NCBI GenBank assembly: GCA_025786725.1 | Contig: JAHLTZ010000064.1 | Location: forward strand, 1-64,000 | Length of the DNA: 64,000 nucleotides | Direction of reading: 5' to 3' | From: Syncephalis fuscata S228 | Taxonomy: Eukaryota > Fungi > Zoopagomycota | Shown: positions 13,201 to 24,087 of the stretch, piece by piece | Layout of the letters: the number at the start of each line of letters is the position of its first letter | Position numbering within the stretch: position 1 is the first letter of the stretch | Translations under genes and position numbers: made by a program | Notes under the pieces: model-generated | What the model saw: the letters and a program-made list of their open reading frames with translations, nothing else | Databases searched by the model: none | Told to the model about the DNA's origin: nothing

Positions 13201-14064
13201 ATTCTTCATGGCCACCCGTGTATCTAGTATATTATTATAAATATTATTATAATTACTATAATTATAACTAATATGCCACAATAACTTACGATTTCAACTG
13301 ATTAGCAATAGATATTACATGTTGTTTGCTTTCTTCCTGTAGTCGATTGTATAGATTACCCGCCAATTTATGATAACACATATTCTCGCAAGTCTATTAT
13401 TCAAAACATCAATATACTATATTGTATATAACTAGTATTTGTTAGATCGCTTACACGGTATAATTCCTCCAAGCTATCAGTAACCTTTGTTCGTCGATAA
13501 ATAGCAATAATAGCTGATTGTAATTTGCACCAAGAATCATTCTCAAAGTTTTCTGGCAATTGAGGTTTAACTAGAATAGCAAATATAATAATTAATATAA
13601 TTTGTCATTTATACAGTAATTTAAGTAAATATTTTTAAATGCTTACCTTTAAAATTCTTAATCAATAATTTCTTTGGCTGATTGCGTTGCATCATTGATA
13701 CTGAATTGCCACTAACACCACCACTACGACTATTGGATGTCAGTCGGCTAGAAGGGGTAGCGACACCGGCAAATCTACTTGTTTCATCGCCTTTACTTGA
13801 AGGATAGCCAAGGGCGCTGCTACTGCCACTACTGCTGCCACTACTATGTTCGGGCCGAGGCTGGAGTTGAGATGACATTGTATAAGGGCGTTGTAATTGA
13901 ACACTGCTACTGCTACTGCCACTACTGCCCAATTGACTATATAGATTCTCGTTACTATTGTATTCAGTCTGGTCGCGACTATGGTTGTTGGCAGTAGAAG
14001 GAACAAAGGCTTTACTAGCTTCTGAACAATCGGTTGATTTAGGTCGAGGACGCTTTCCAAGCAT
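10263..14064 (-). CDS. CUL4: Cullin-4, multi-exon
   Basis: [10 protein letters not shown]|[73 protein letters not shown], and the neddylation domain [18 protein letters not shown]...[18 protein letters not shown]...YKYLA*. Many short GT-AG introns. Confidence 0.93.
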
Positions 14065-14903
14065 ACCGAGTGTAGATATTCAGCCTAGTTTGGTTATTTT
14101 CATAAACACACCAGCCAATTAAGAATCTACTTACTACACGTAAAAATAGCGATTTCTGGTTGATCTGTTACCTTTTTGTTGTTATTAAAAAGAAGTAGAA
14201 ACAATAGAATTGAAAGAACCGCCGTGACTATGAGATAGTTGATGAACGAATAATATTGCGTAGTAAGACAATCAGCATCGTAGACTTGACTCGATGTGGA
14301 TTAAGCGTTTGACTGGATACTATTTTGTTTGTTATCTATCTCATGTCCTTTAGTGTGTTAAGATATGCCATAGGTGCATTATATTATTATTATTAAAGTT
14401 TATGCTTAATATGGTTTAGTTATTTGTGCAATTAGTATGACACTTTATTCTTGTATCTCTTTAGTATAAGAGACACTAATTGTGATATTGAGAAAGTAGT
14501 GTTGCAGCTACAGCTTTATATACATTGATAATATAAATGTTTACGCTATCGACATCTATTTATTATAATTAGTAAGCAATATAAGATTGTTTTATGAGTG
14601 TCATATAAACGGAGTATTAGATACAAGACTGAAACGATGAGTCAGAACGTAAGAAAAATAATACGTAATAACAAAAATGTGCAATGTTGTGCTATAGATG
14701 ATATTGGAATTGATTGATGTTATGTCTCGTATATTTCTTGCTTTATTCGTACTGATTCCACGTTTATTAACAACAACAACAGTAGCGGCAGTAGTAGTGG
14801 TAACAGCAGTACTAATATTATTAGCGAGCAGCAGTAGCGCCATAGCCGCAGCAACAGCAACAGCAATAACAGCATTAACGTTTACAATAAAACGTTAAAC
14901 ACA

Positions 14904-17034
14904 ATGTTAAAACTAAATAGAGCTGCTGTCACTATAAATAATGAAGACGCGGGTCCACCTCGGGTAGAAGTAAAGATGACGCATTTGATGGCGTCGGCTA
15001 TTCAGTTTATATCGTGTAAGTTGGCTCTTTAATATCTATAGTCGACGTATTTTATTGACGTGCTTTACGTTCCCATTTACCTACTAGTTGACCAATTGAC
15101 GCCGTCGCTAATTGAACAAGCATTTAAACAGGCATTTGACCTTAGCGTGCTTAAGCACTATCAGCTGCAATGGCGAGACGAGGAAAAGGACTGGATCTAT
15201 CTTACAGGTAGGTAGGTATAGACCTTTAATTATTTAATACAAGTATGTATATATTTCTAGATAGCCCGGAAATGATAGGTGTACTTCAAAGAACGGCTCG
15301 ACAACTGTCCTATCGCTTACAAGTACAGAGTAGACATTATGTCAAGGTAAGTATTAAGTAGTAGATGGTAGATAGTAAGCAGTTTAGCAGCTATCATCTA
15401 ATAGCACAGAATATTAGACGGATATTTGTATGGGTCCAGTGAAACAGGATACAAGTGTACACGATCTTATTCACACTTATATGCGTGTACAAGATTTGTA
15501 TCGAGCTGTATCTAATGTGAAAGTGCGGCTTGGAAAGATTAAACATCTTATGGTGGTCACAAAGCCTGGTGATCCACATTTAATACCACTGACCCGCGAG
15601 TTAACGATCTGGTTGCTTGACACACATGGCGAACTTGTTGTCCACATCAACGAAGATCTTAAAGAAGAAATGCGCTTTAAGGCAGCCGAATTGAAGGCTC
15701 GTTACGGCAACCGTATCCATTACTGGCAACATGATATTGCTGAACGTGTCCAAGTCGATCTACTGGTGACCATGGGTGGAGATGGCACTGTTCTCTATGC
15801 CGCCAATCTATTTCAACATCAAGTGCCGCTTATTGTACCGTTCCATTTAGGCTCACTAGGCTTTCTAACGCTATTTGAATTTGATAACTATCAGCGCTAT
15901 CTTACACCACTTATGACCGATGGGACTGTGCTGGTCAATCTACGCATGCGCGTTAGTTGTTCCGTTTACAAGCATAACGTGACCAATGGCCATATAGAGG
16001 AGGAGGATCAGGAGCGGCGACTACGTATGCTTGCCATGCAAGATCCATCACTATCCGCTTGCGAGTGTTTATCGGCTACTTATGGCCGTGGCGTTAATCG
16101 CGACAACGATAATTACACCAGATATATTACTGATGTGAATCAGCACAGTGATAATGACAGCGATAAAGGATCGGCGCCATTTGAACATCTTGAAGATAGC
16201 GGGGATAACACAGAAGATATCGGGGCTAACTATCCACCGCCATCCGGTATGACGCCACCCATTATTACGCTAGGTAAAATGAAAAGAGATTTGGTCAATT
16301 TACGGCGTTCATCGGAGCCATTGAATGCATGTCCCGGTGAGAAAGTCGCTGAATACCAAGTACTTAATGAAGTGGTTATGGATAGAGGTGCCAATGCGGG
16401 TATGATTCAGGTTGATTTACTGGCTGATGATGTACCATTTACAACCATTCTAGCGGATGGACTAGTTATAGGTAGGTGTAACAAGGAACTAAGTAAATCA
16501 ACTGACTTATAACGATGATGGTCATTAGCCACGGCTACCGGGTCAACTGCTTATTCGGTAAGCTGTGATACTATAATGGACATGTACTATAATATCTAAT
16601 TAATTGTTGCATTATAGTTATCGGCCAATGGGTCGCTGGTGCATCCTGAAAAGAATTCCATGCTTGTTACGCCCATCTGTCCACACACACTTACTTGTCG
16701 TCCAATGATTATCCCCGGTACAAAACGGCTTCGTATTGCTGTATCACAAAATAGTCGAAGTTCAGCCTGGGTATGTGGAAATGTATTTAAAAGCGAGTGG
16801 CTTATTAGTAACACTGCTGTTGTTTAGGCTTCATTCGATGGAAGGAATAGAATTGCATTGAATCGAGGTGACTCTATTGTAATTACGGCAAGTCAACATC
16901 CAGTTATTACAGTGTCTCGTGAAAATCAATCGATCGATTGGTTTAACTCGTTACGTGAAGTACTTAATTGGAATGAGCGAAAAACACAAAAACCTTTACT
17001 TTCTCCGTATTTCCCTGCTGAACACATGCAATAA
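14904..17034 (+). CDS. NAD(H) kinase with an N-terminal PB1-like domain, multi-exon
   Basis: GGDGT motif, FHLGSLGFLT, VLNEVVMDRG, ADGLVI|ATATGSTAYS|LSANGS, TPICPHTLTCRP, SFDGRNR and LNWNERKTQK. Three upstream exons splice in frame and include YQLQWRDEEKDWIYLTD. Confidence 0.9.
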
Positions 17035-17450
17035 TAATAATAATAATGGTATTTAATACAAATACTGTTGAATAGTTTAATAGTTGTATGTTTTACTTCA
17101 TAGATAGCGACTAAACGTTAAAAAATATATTTTTGAGTTAAAGTATATCAGAATATTGATGTAAATAACAATTCAATATCATTTATATTATTAATAAATA
17201 ACTGAATCACAGAACAAACAGTTATTTGTATAATTTTGACGCTGTCTGTAAAATACTTTTAATAAAACATTATTAGTAAAATAGCAAGATGGTTAAGTAG
17301 AGAATAAAAGCAGTCTACCATAAATACAAGTGTGATCATAGAATATATCGCTCATAAAGCAATAAGCATCAGTATAAACTAAAAGGTAGAGCAGTAAATA
17401 ACCGGGTTAACGAATAAATAAGTATAATATAAATGTTGCCATAGATGAAA

Positions 17451-17642
17451 CAACTAGCTAATTAGTAAAATAGAATAGAGTGAATACTGATTATTATAAA
17501 ATGTGTAGATCGTGTATGTATTGATAGTGAGCATGCGCTACGCATAATTTGAATATACCTATATGTCGAGCAATTCAAAAATAATCTCTATCTCTATATT
17601 TAGATCATGACACCATAACAACATTTTACTATTTTTATTGTC
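17451..17642. repeat. Left half of an inverted-repeat element whose intact copy is at ~46564-46928
   Basis: Aligns with 46564-46760. Positions 17457-17484 are the exact reverse complement of 24258-24285. Confidence 0.8.
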
Positions 17643-18443
17643 AAGTGAATTAAACAAATGACTGACATTATAGCAATAAAACTGATATTTGATTAGTACA
17701 CTATCTGATATTGAATTGCTACGTATTTACACATAATAGAGTTGTATATTTTATAATTAAAATTTTGCTAATACTACTTTACTATTTACTTGTATATACT
17801 TCTATGGAACAGATAGCCGACATAAATGATTCTAAGTGCGCATTTTGATCCAACACAAACAACAAATAGATATTTTCTTTTCTCCTGTTTAATAACTTAA
17901 AACAGCATGCAATCATTACTTATGATATTAACTATATGAATCCTCATTTTAGCTGGTCAACGACCTCATGAGTAAACACTTACTAACAATATACTCCGCT
18001 ATTGTCTGATTTCTCCTCATTCGTTCACCCTCTCCTCAATTACCCTTATACAATCCAAACCATAATAGCATGTGTGTATTGTGCAGTTTTATTAAATGCC
18101 ATGTACAATGTTTTTGTTTTCATGCGTTATTTTCGTTTAGCGCCATCGTTCTAGCTGTATCATTAATAGTTAGATCGTTGATAAACCCAGTCTAACATGA
18201 TATGACGATAATGATTTGCTATAAGCTAAACCAGTAAGCCCTTGAACTGCCAACCTTTTCCACTGGTTTCTGCTTTGGTTTGTTCTTCTACATTACATCT
18301 TGCTTAACTTGTCAGAAGTGGTTTCAGGAATGTAAACAGAACTTAGGCCTTAGATGATTACCGATTGGTATACGATCCACAGCCACTATGCACTTGGAAT
18401 TGCTGATATCTGTTTAGAGTTATTTGGTGTGTCCAATTTAGTG

Positions 18444-18798
18444 TCTGCATATTGCATTGTGTGTAGTTTAGCCGATGCAGTCTACTTTACAGACAAAAAC
18501 GGACAACATCATTAGTTTAATGGAATATTCTATTGTTAAAGATGCCGCGATGAATTATGCCACAGACTGAGTAGCGTCTAAATCTTGAATGATTACAAGT
18601 TGATGTATAATCTATTACCACCATTCACTCAAAGCTAATAATAGTTTACTAGAATTGTTTGATGTGTCTAGGCTCTCATCTGCATATTGCATTGCATAGA
18701 ATTTAGGCAATGCAACTTAGTTTACAGCTGAAAGCTGAAGACGAAGATAACTTGTTGGAATGTTCCATTGCTCAAAATGCTGTGATGCATCATGCTAC
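18444..18798. repeat. Diverged tandem duplication, period ~235 bp
   Basis: TCTGCATATTGCATTG at 18444 and 18679, each followed by ~120 nt of alignable sequence. Confidence 0.7.
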
Positions 18799-19073
18799 AA
18801 ACAGTACTTATTTTATAGATAGTTTCAGGTGGTTAGGATTAGCCGCCACTTAAATGATGCAGGTGCACAACATGTGGCATGATAGGCCTGGATGTAATGC
18901 ATTTGTGAATTCAGAGCAATCATTCCCCTGTAACAATGGGCATAGTATCAAATGAAATGCACGCATGTACCAATCAGTACACTATAATTTAAAAATTACA
19001 ACTGATTCATGTATAGCAGTAAAAATCTGTATAAAATATTAGTTTGATGTATTAAACTTGTTTTTGCATCAAT

Positions 19074-19553
19074 GTTATGCACTATTTTGTATGCATGCGG
19101 ATATGGAGGATTGAGTTATTTAACGGAAGTAACAGCAAAGATGTCTTTGTCGTTTTCACAAAACAACAATATACTTGTTTTTATCAAGTAGTTAAATCGT
19201 GTAACAAAAAATACAGGCTGATGTTTCTACCTTTATCGCATATGTACAGAATTATTACCATTGCTGTGTTATTTGCCTAAATGGTTGGCAGGCTGAAGTA
19301 AAGACCGGGCAGGTTATGCACTATGCGCATGCACGCAGATATTGAAGATCGAGTCATTTAACGGAGATGACAGCAAAGACGTCTTTGTCGTTTTCACAAA
19401 ACTAAACAATATACTTGTTTTTACCAAGTAGTTAAATCGTGTAACAAAAAATACAGGCTGATATTCTATCTCTATTGCATATGTACTGGATTATTACCAT
19501 TACTGTGGCATTCGTGCAAATGCCAAGAAATTGAAGTAATGACTAGACAGGTT
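19074..19553. repeat. Tandem duplication, period 239 bp, upstream of the micro-exon gene
   Basis: Units start GTTATGCACTAT at 19074 and 19313 and share long identical runs such as CAAGTAGTTAAATCGTGTAACAAAAAATACAGGCTGAT. Confidence 0.9.
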
Positions 19554-19727
19554 AAAATCAAGTCTGGGCAGGTTGAAATCAAGTCTGGAAAGCATGATGT
19601 CACGCCATGAATCTATTAGTACATGCGCACCTCAAACCATCACCTGGATTGTTTTATTGGTTCATATTACACATCAATGATATATCTCATATACTACAGT
19701 ATACTAGTATCTTAGCGTAACCATAAG

Positions 19728-19735
19728 TATAAATA
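19728..19735 (+). promoter_or_regulatory. Putative TATA box of the micro-exon gene
   Basis: TATAAATA 145 nt upstream of ATG 19873, followed by a C/T-rich tract and an ATCACCATG start context. Confidence 0.55.
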
Positions 19736-19872
19736 GCCGACAAAATATACACAATCAACTGCGGTATCCTCATCACACTCTACTTTCTGCTAAACACGCA
19801 CTACTCTCCACTCTATACCAACCACACTCTACTATCTCTTTTATTTGTTTGTCTCAACAAATCAATATCACC

Positions 19873-22800
19873 ATGAAGTTTTCCATTGCCGTCGTTTGCA
19901 CCGTCGTTGTGGCTTTGATAGCCGCTACAGCCATGGTGGATGCTAACCCAGCTTTAGTTCGCCGTGGTATGTTGCAATGACAATAAATATAGCATAGAAT
20001 TTTGTTTACTAACAGTATTTTAAACAATTATTATAATAGCTAGTAAGTGATATCATATATCAATTACTTACACGCTAATCATATGCTATTTATTGTGTGT
20101 ATCAATAACTTAATGCTAATAGATTGTAAGCAACATTGTGTATTAACTGAATATGCATTAATTATGTGTCGTACTGTATCCATCAACAACTTAATATTAG
20201 CTAAATGTAAGTTGTATTATATATTAATTAATTACTTACTAATTATATGTCATGCACCATGTGTATCAACAACTTAATATTAATAGGCAGTAAGTAGCAT
20301 TGTATATTACCGGCTTATACATTAATTATATATTATGCATTGTGTATATCAATAACTTTATATAAAAGCTGGTAAGTTTTATTATGCATTAGCTGATTAT
20401 GCGCTAATTATATACTATACATTGTGTATATTAACAAATTAATATTAGATGCGTGTAAGTTATATTGTATATTAATTGAGCATTGATTAATTACATGTTA
20501 TATACCATGTGTATCAACAACTTAATATTAATAGGCAGTAAGTTACATTATGTCAACTGACATGCACTAATCACATGCCATTCACTATGTGTACAAACAA
20601 TCCAACACTAATAGAAGGTGAGTTATATTGTGTATTAACTGACTATACATAAGTATAATATTTACTGATTATATTAATTATTTATTATTAATAGCTGGTA
20701 AGTGATGTTGTATATTAATTGAATATGCACTAACTATGCTATTTACTGATTATACTGATTATTGAATATTAATAGCCTGTAAGTGATATTGTATATTAGT
20801 CGACTAAGCACTAACCACATACTGTTTACTATATGTATCTATAACTTAATATTAATAGGCAGTAAGTTATATTGTGTATTAACTGACTATACATAAGTAT
20901 AATATTTACTGATTATATTAATTATTTAATATTAATAGAGAGTAAGTGATATTGTATATTAACTGAATACACACTAACTATGCTATTTATTAATTATATC
21001 AATTGTTTAATATTAATAGCTCGTAAGCGATATTGTATATTAATCAAATATGCACTAACTACGTGCCATTCACTATGTGTACAAACAACCCAACACTAAT
21101 AGAAGGTGAGTTATATTGCCTATTATTTGACTATATATCAACTACTATTTACTAATTATATTAATTGTTTAATACTAATAGGCGGTAAGTGGTAGTGTCT
21201 ATTAACTGATTATATATTGACTGCTATTTACTGATGGTACCTATTATTTAATACTAATAGCCTGTAAGTTGTATTGTATATTAGTCAACTATACATTAAC
21301 TATGTTATTTACTGGTTGCACTGATTATTTAATATTAATAGCTGGTAAGTGATATTGTGTATTAGCTGACCATACATAGTTATAATATTTACTAATTATA
21401 TCAATTATTTAATATTAATAGCTCGTAAGTGATATTGTATATTAACTGAATGTACATTAATTATGCTATTTACTGATAATACATATTATTTAATATCAAT
21501 AGCTGGTAAGTTGTATTGTATATTAGTCAGCTATACATTAACTATGATATTTATTGATGGCATTGATTATTTAATACTAATAGCTGGTAAGTGATATGGT
21601 GTATTAACTGACTATAAATTAACTATGTTATTTACTGATTTTATTGTTTATTTACTATTAATAGATAGTAAGTGATATCGCATATTGGCTATACTATTTG
21701 CTGATTGTACCATTTATTTAATGTTAATAGAGAGTAAGTGATGTTGTATATTAACTGACTATGCACTAATTACGTTCCATTCACTATGTATATACACAAC
21801 CCAACACTAATAGGAGGTGAGTTATATTGTGTATTGCCTGATTATACATTGACTACTATTTACTAATTGTACCAATTGTTTAATAATAATAGCTGGTAAG
21901 TGATATTGTACATTAACTATACTATTTGCTGATTGTACAAATTATTTAATACTAATAGAATGTAAGTTATGTTGTGTGTCAATTGACTATGCACTAATTA
22001 CATACCATGTACTGTATGCATCAACGACTTAATATTATAGGGAGTAAGTTATATTGTATATTAACTAGCTATTTACTAATCACATATCATGTACTGTGTG
22101 CATCAACAACTCAATACCATAGTCAGTAAGTAATATTATATATTAATTGGCTATACACTAATTATGTGCTATTTACTGATTTTACTAATTGTTTAATATT
22201 AATAGAGAGTAAGCGGTATTGTATATTAGCTAACTATACACTAATTATATCCATGCACTGTATGCATCAACAACCTTATTAATAGATTGTATGTGAATTT
22301 TTGTATTAATCGACTATATACTAATCACATGCTATTTATTAATTATACGATTTATTTAATATTATTAGGCAGTAAGTTATATTATATGCCAACTGAATAC
22401 ACTAATCACATAATGTTTACTGATTATTTAATACTATAGTCAGTAAGTTGTATTGTATACTAGCTGACTATACATTAACTATGATATTTACTGGTTATAT
22501 TAATTATTTAATATTAATAGGCGGTAAGTGATATTGTAGATTAATTAACTATACATTAATTATGCTATTTACTATGTATACCAACATCTTAATATTAATA
22601 GGCGGTAAGTGATATTGTATGTCAACTAACATGCACTAATCACATGATATTTATTGTGTATGCATTAACAACCTTATTAATAGTTTGTATGTAAAGTTTT
22701 TGTATTAATCAACTATGTACTAATCACATGATATGTACTGTGCACATTAACAACTTAATATTAATAGGCAGTAAGTAGTATTATGGATTAGATGTCTAAT

Positions 22801-23006
22801 AACTAATTATGTATCATTTATTGTGTACCAACGCCTTAATATTAATAGAATGTAAGTTATATTGTATATTAACTGAATATGCACTAATTACATGTTATGC
22901 ACCATGTATATCAACAACTTAATACTAATAGGCTGTAAGTAGTATTATATATTGATGGCTCATACATTAAGCATAACATATAATATTTTTATTTGTAAAT
23001 ACAGAA
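19873..23006 (+). CDS. Micro-exon gene (39 exons) encoding a 70-aa secreted, six-cysteine, defensin-like prepropeptide
   Basis: Exon 1 19873-19966 (MKFSIAVVCTVVVALIAATAMVDANPALVRR+G). Micro-exons, each flanked by AG and GT, start at: 20040 CTA, 20123 ATT, 20201 CTAAAT, 20287 GCA, 20369 CTG, 20449 ATGCGT, 20535 GCA, 20615 AAG, 20695 CTG, 20776 CCT, 20859 GCA, 20939 AGA, 21020 CTC, 21103 AAG, 21182 GCG, 21261 CCT, 21342 CTG, 21422 CTC, 21503 CTG, 21584 CTG, 21665 ATA, 21731 AGA, 21814 GAG, 21893 CTG, 21959 AAT, 22041 GGA, 22123 TCA, 22206 AGA, 22286 ATT, 22369 GCA, 22440 TCA, 22521 GCG, 22602 GCG, 22684 TTT, 22768 GCA, 22849 AAT, 22932 GCT. The last exon starts at 23005 and its AA completes TAA. 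Translation after RR: ANSKCTDACKAACKTQGASAPADKRAEWIKNCISGVCKC*. Confidence 0.9.
19967..23004 (+). repeat. Array of 38 introns (63-81 nt), most of them mutually homologous, forming a ~81-bp tandem repeat
   Basis: Approximate unit consensus GTAAGTGATATTGTATATTAACTGACTATACACTAATTATGCTATTTACTGATT...TTAATATTAATAG. Donors: 29 GTAAGT, 3 GTAAGC, 3 GTGAGT, 3 GTATGT. Acceptors: 36 TAG, 1 AAG, 1 CAG. Confidence 0.92.
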
Positions 23007-24087
23007 TAATCGATGGTTTCAAGACATCAGCATTGGTAGTGCAATCAAACCACTATTCCAATACACTTTAGGTATATATTCGGCGAAAAACAAGACCATT
23101 TGACAACTACGCCGTCCAGTCTATTTATATATCAATTATTGGCCAATGCTCCGGTTTATCCAGTCTTTAATCAATGGAATCACTATTTTATCAACAGGCT
23201 TGCATCTAGTTGTTCCTATTCAACCGTGCAAGCTTATAGTAATAAACTTATGGTTTCATCTTAACTATATACAATCAAATTGCTACATTTATAATCATGT
23301 TCTATTTTTATTTAATGATTAACTAGTAATTAAATAGTTAAAGTAACAAAAGACATACAATTATATTGTATTAGCCATAAGCATAGGATGGTATGAATAT
23401 ATTAATTTTAAATGTGAATATTGTAGTTATATATATATTGGTAATAAAATTGCCTGTGTTTATTTGTAAATATTATGGATAGTAACAAAGCTATTACTAT
23501 CATATAATGAAATGATATTGTACTGGTATTGATATAAGGATAATTGTTGATTGCTAACAACTTAGCACTACATTGTAACGACTAGCAACTTAATGACCAT
23601 TGCCTTGTTTACGCTTACTTCTATCACCTAAGCGCTAGTGGCTACTAATTAATTCCTTACATTGATATAACATGAATCTAATGCTATTATAAAATAGACA
23701 ATAAATAATTTTCCTGTTTAATTATCGATTACCACAGTTAAGCTTTTAACAACTAAATAGCACCTGTAATTAAAGCAGAGAAAAAAATATAACCAAAAAT
23801 ATAGATACGTTTATTATAATTTTAATAAAGCTAGTATTTATAGTAGATACCACTATTGATAAAACTTGAGCCTTGTTCATATCGTTGCTCATATGTTAGT
23901 AAATAACAATTATTTACTGGTTATGTCCTTGAATAGCTGTTTATTTATGATTGTTCGTACCAGTGTTTAGTATACTCTTATTGTGACTATTCACATGTTA
24001 TTTTAACATGTTGTTTGCTTCCATGGTGAATGCCATGGATCAATTGCATGGTAGACAATTATGTACTTTTAATACTGTAATTTAGTA

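Noticed and set aside
19873-19980. Unspliced 35-aa ORF ending ...LVRRGMLQ*
   Set aside because: It leaves only four residues after the Kex2-type site. GTATGT at 19967 is a good donor, with a TACTAAC branch point and TAG acceptor downstream.
20047-20277. 76-aa ORF in the track inside the micro-exon array
   Set aside because: A chance open frame across AT-rich intron units, with low-complexity I/L/Y/N composition.
19967-23004. CRISPR array or plain minisatellite interpretation of the ~81-bp periodic region
   Set aside because: The context is eukaryotic with no cas genes. The conserved parts are splice signals and the variable part is only 3-6 nt, which concatenates into a coherent ORF.
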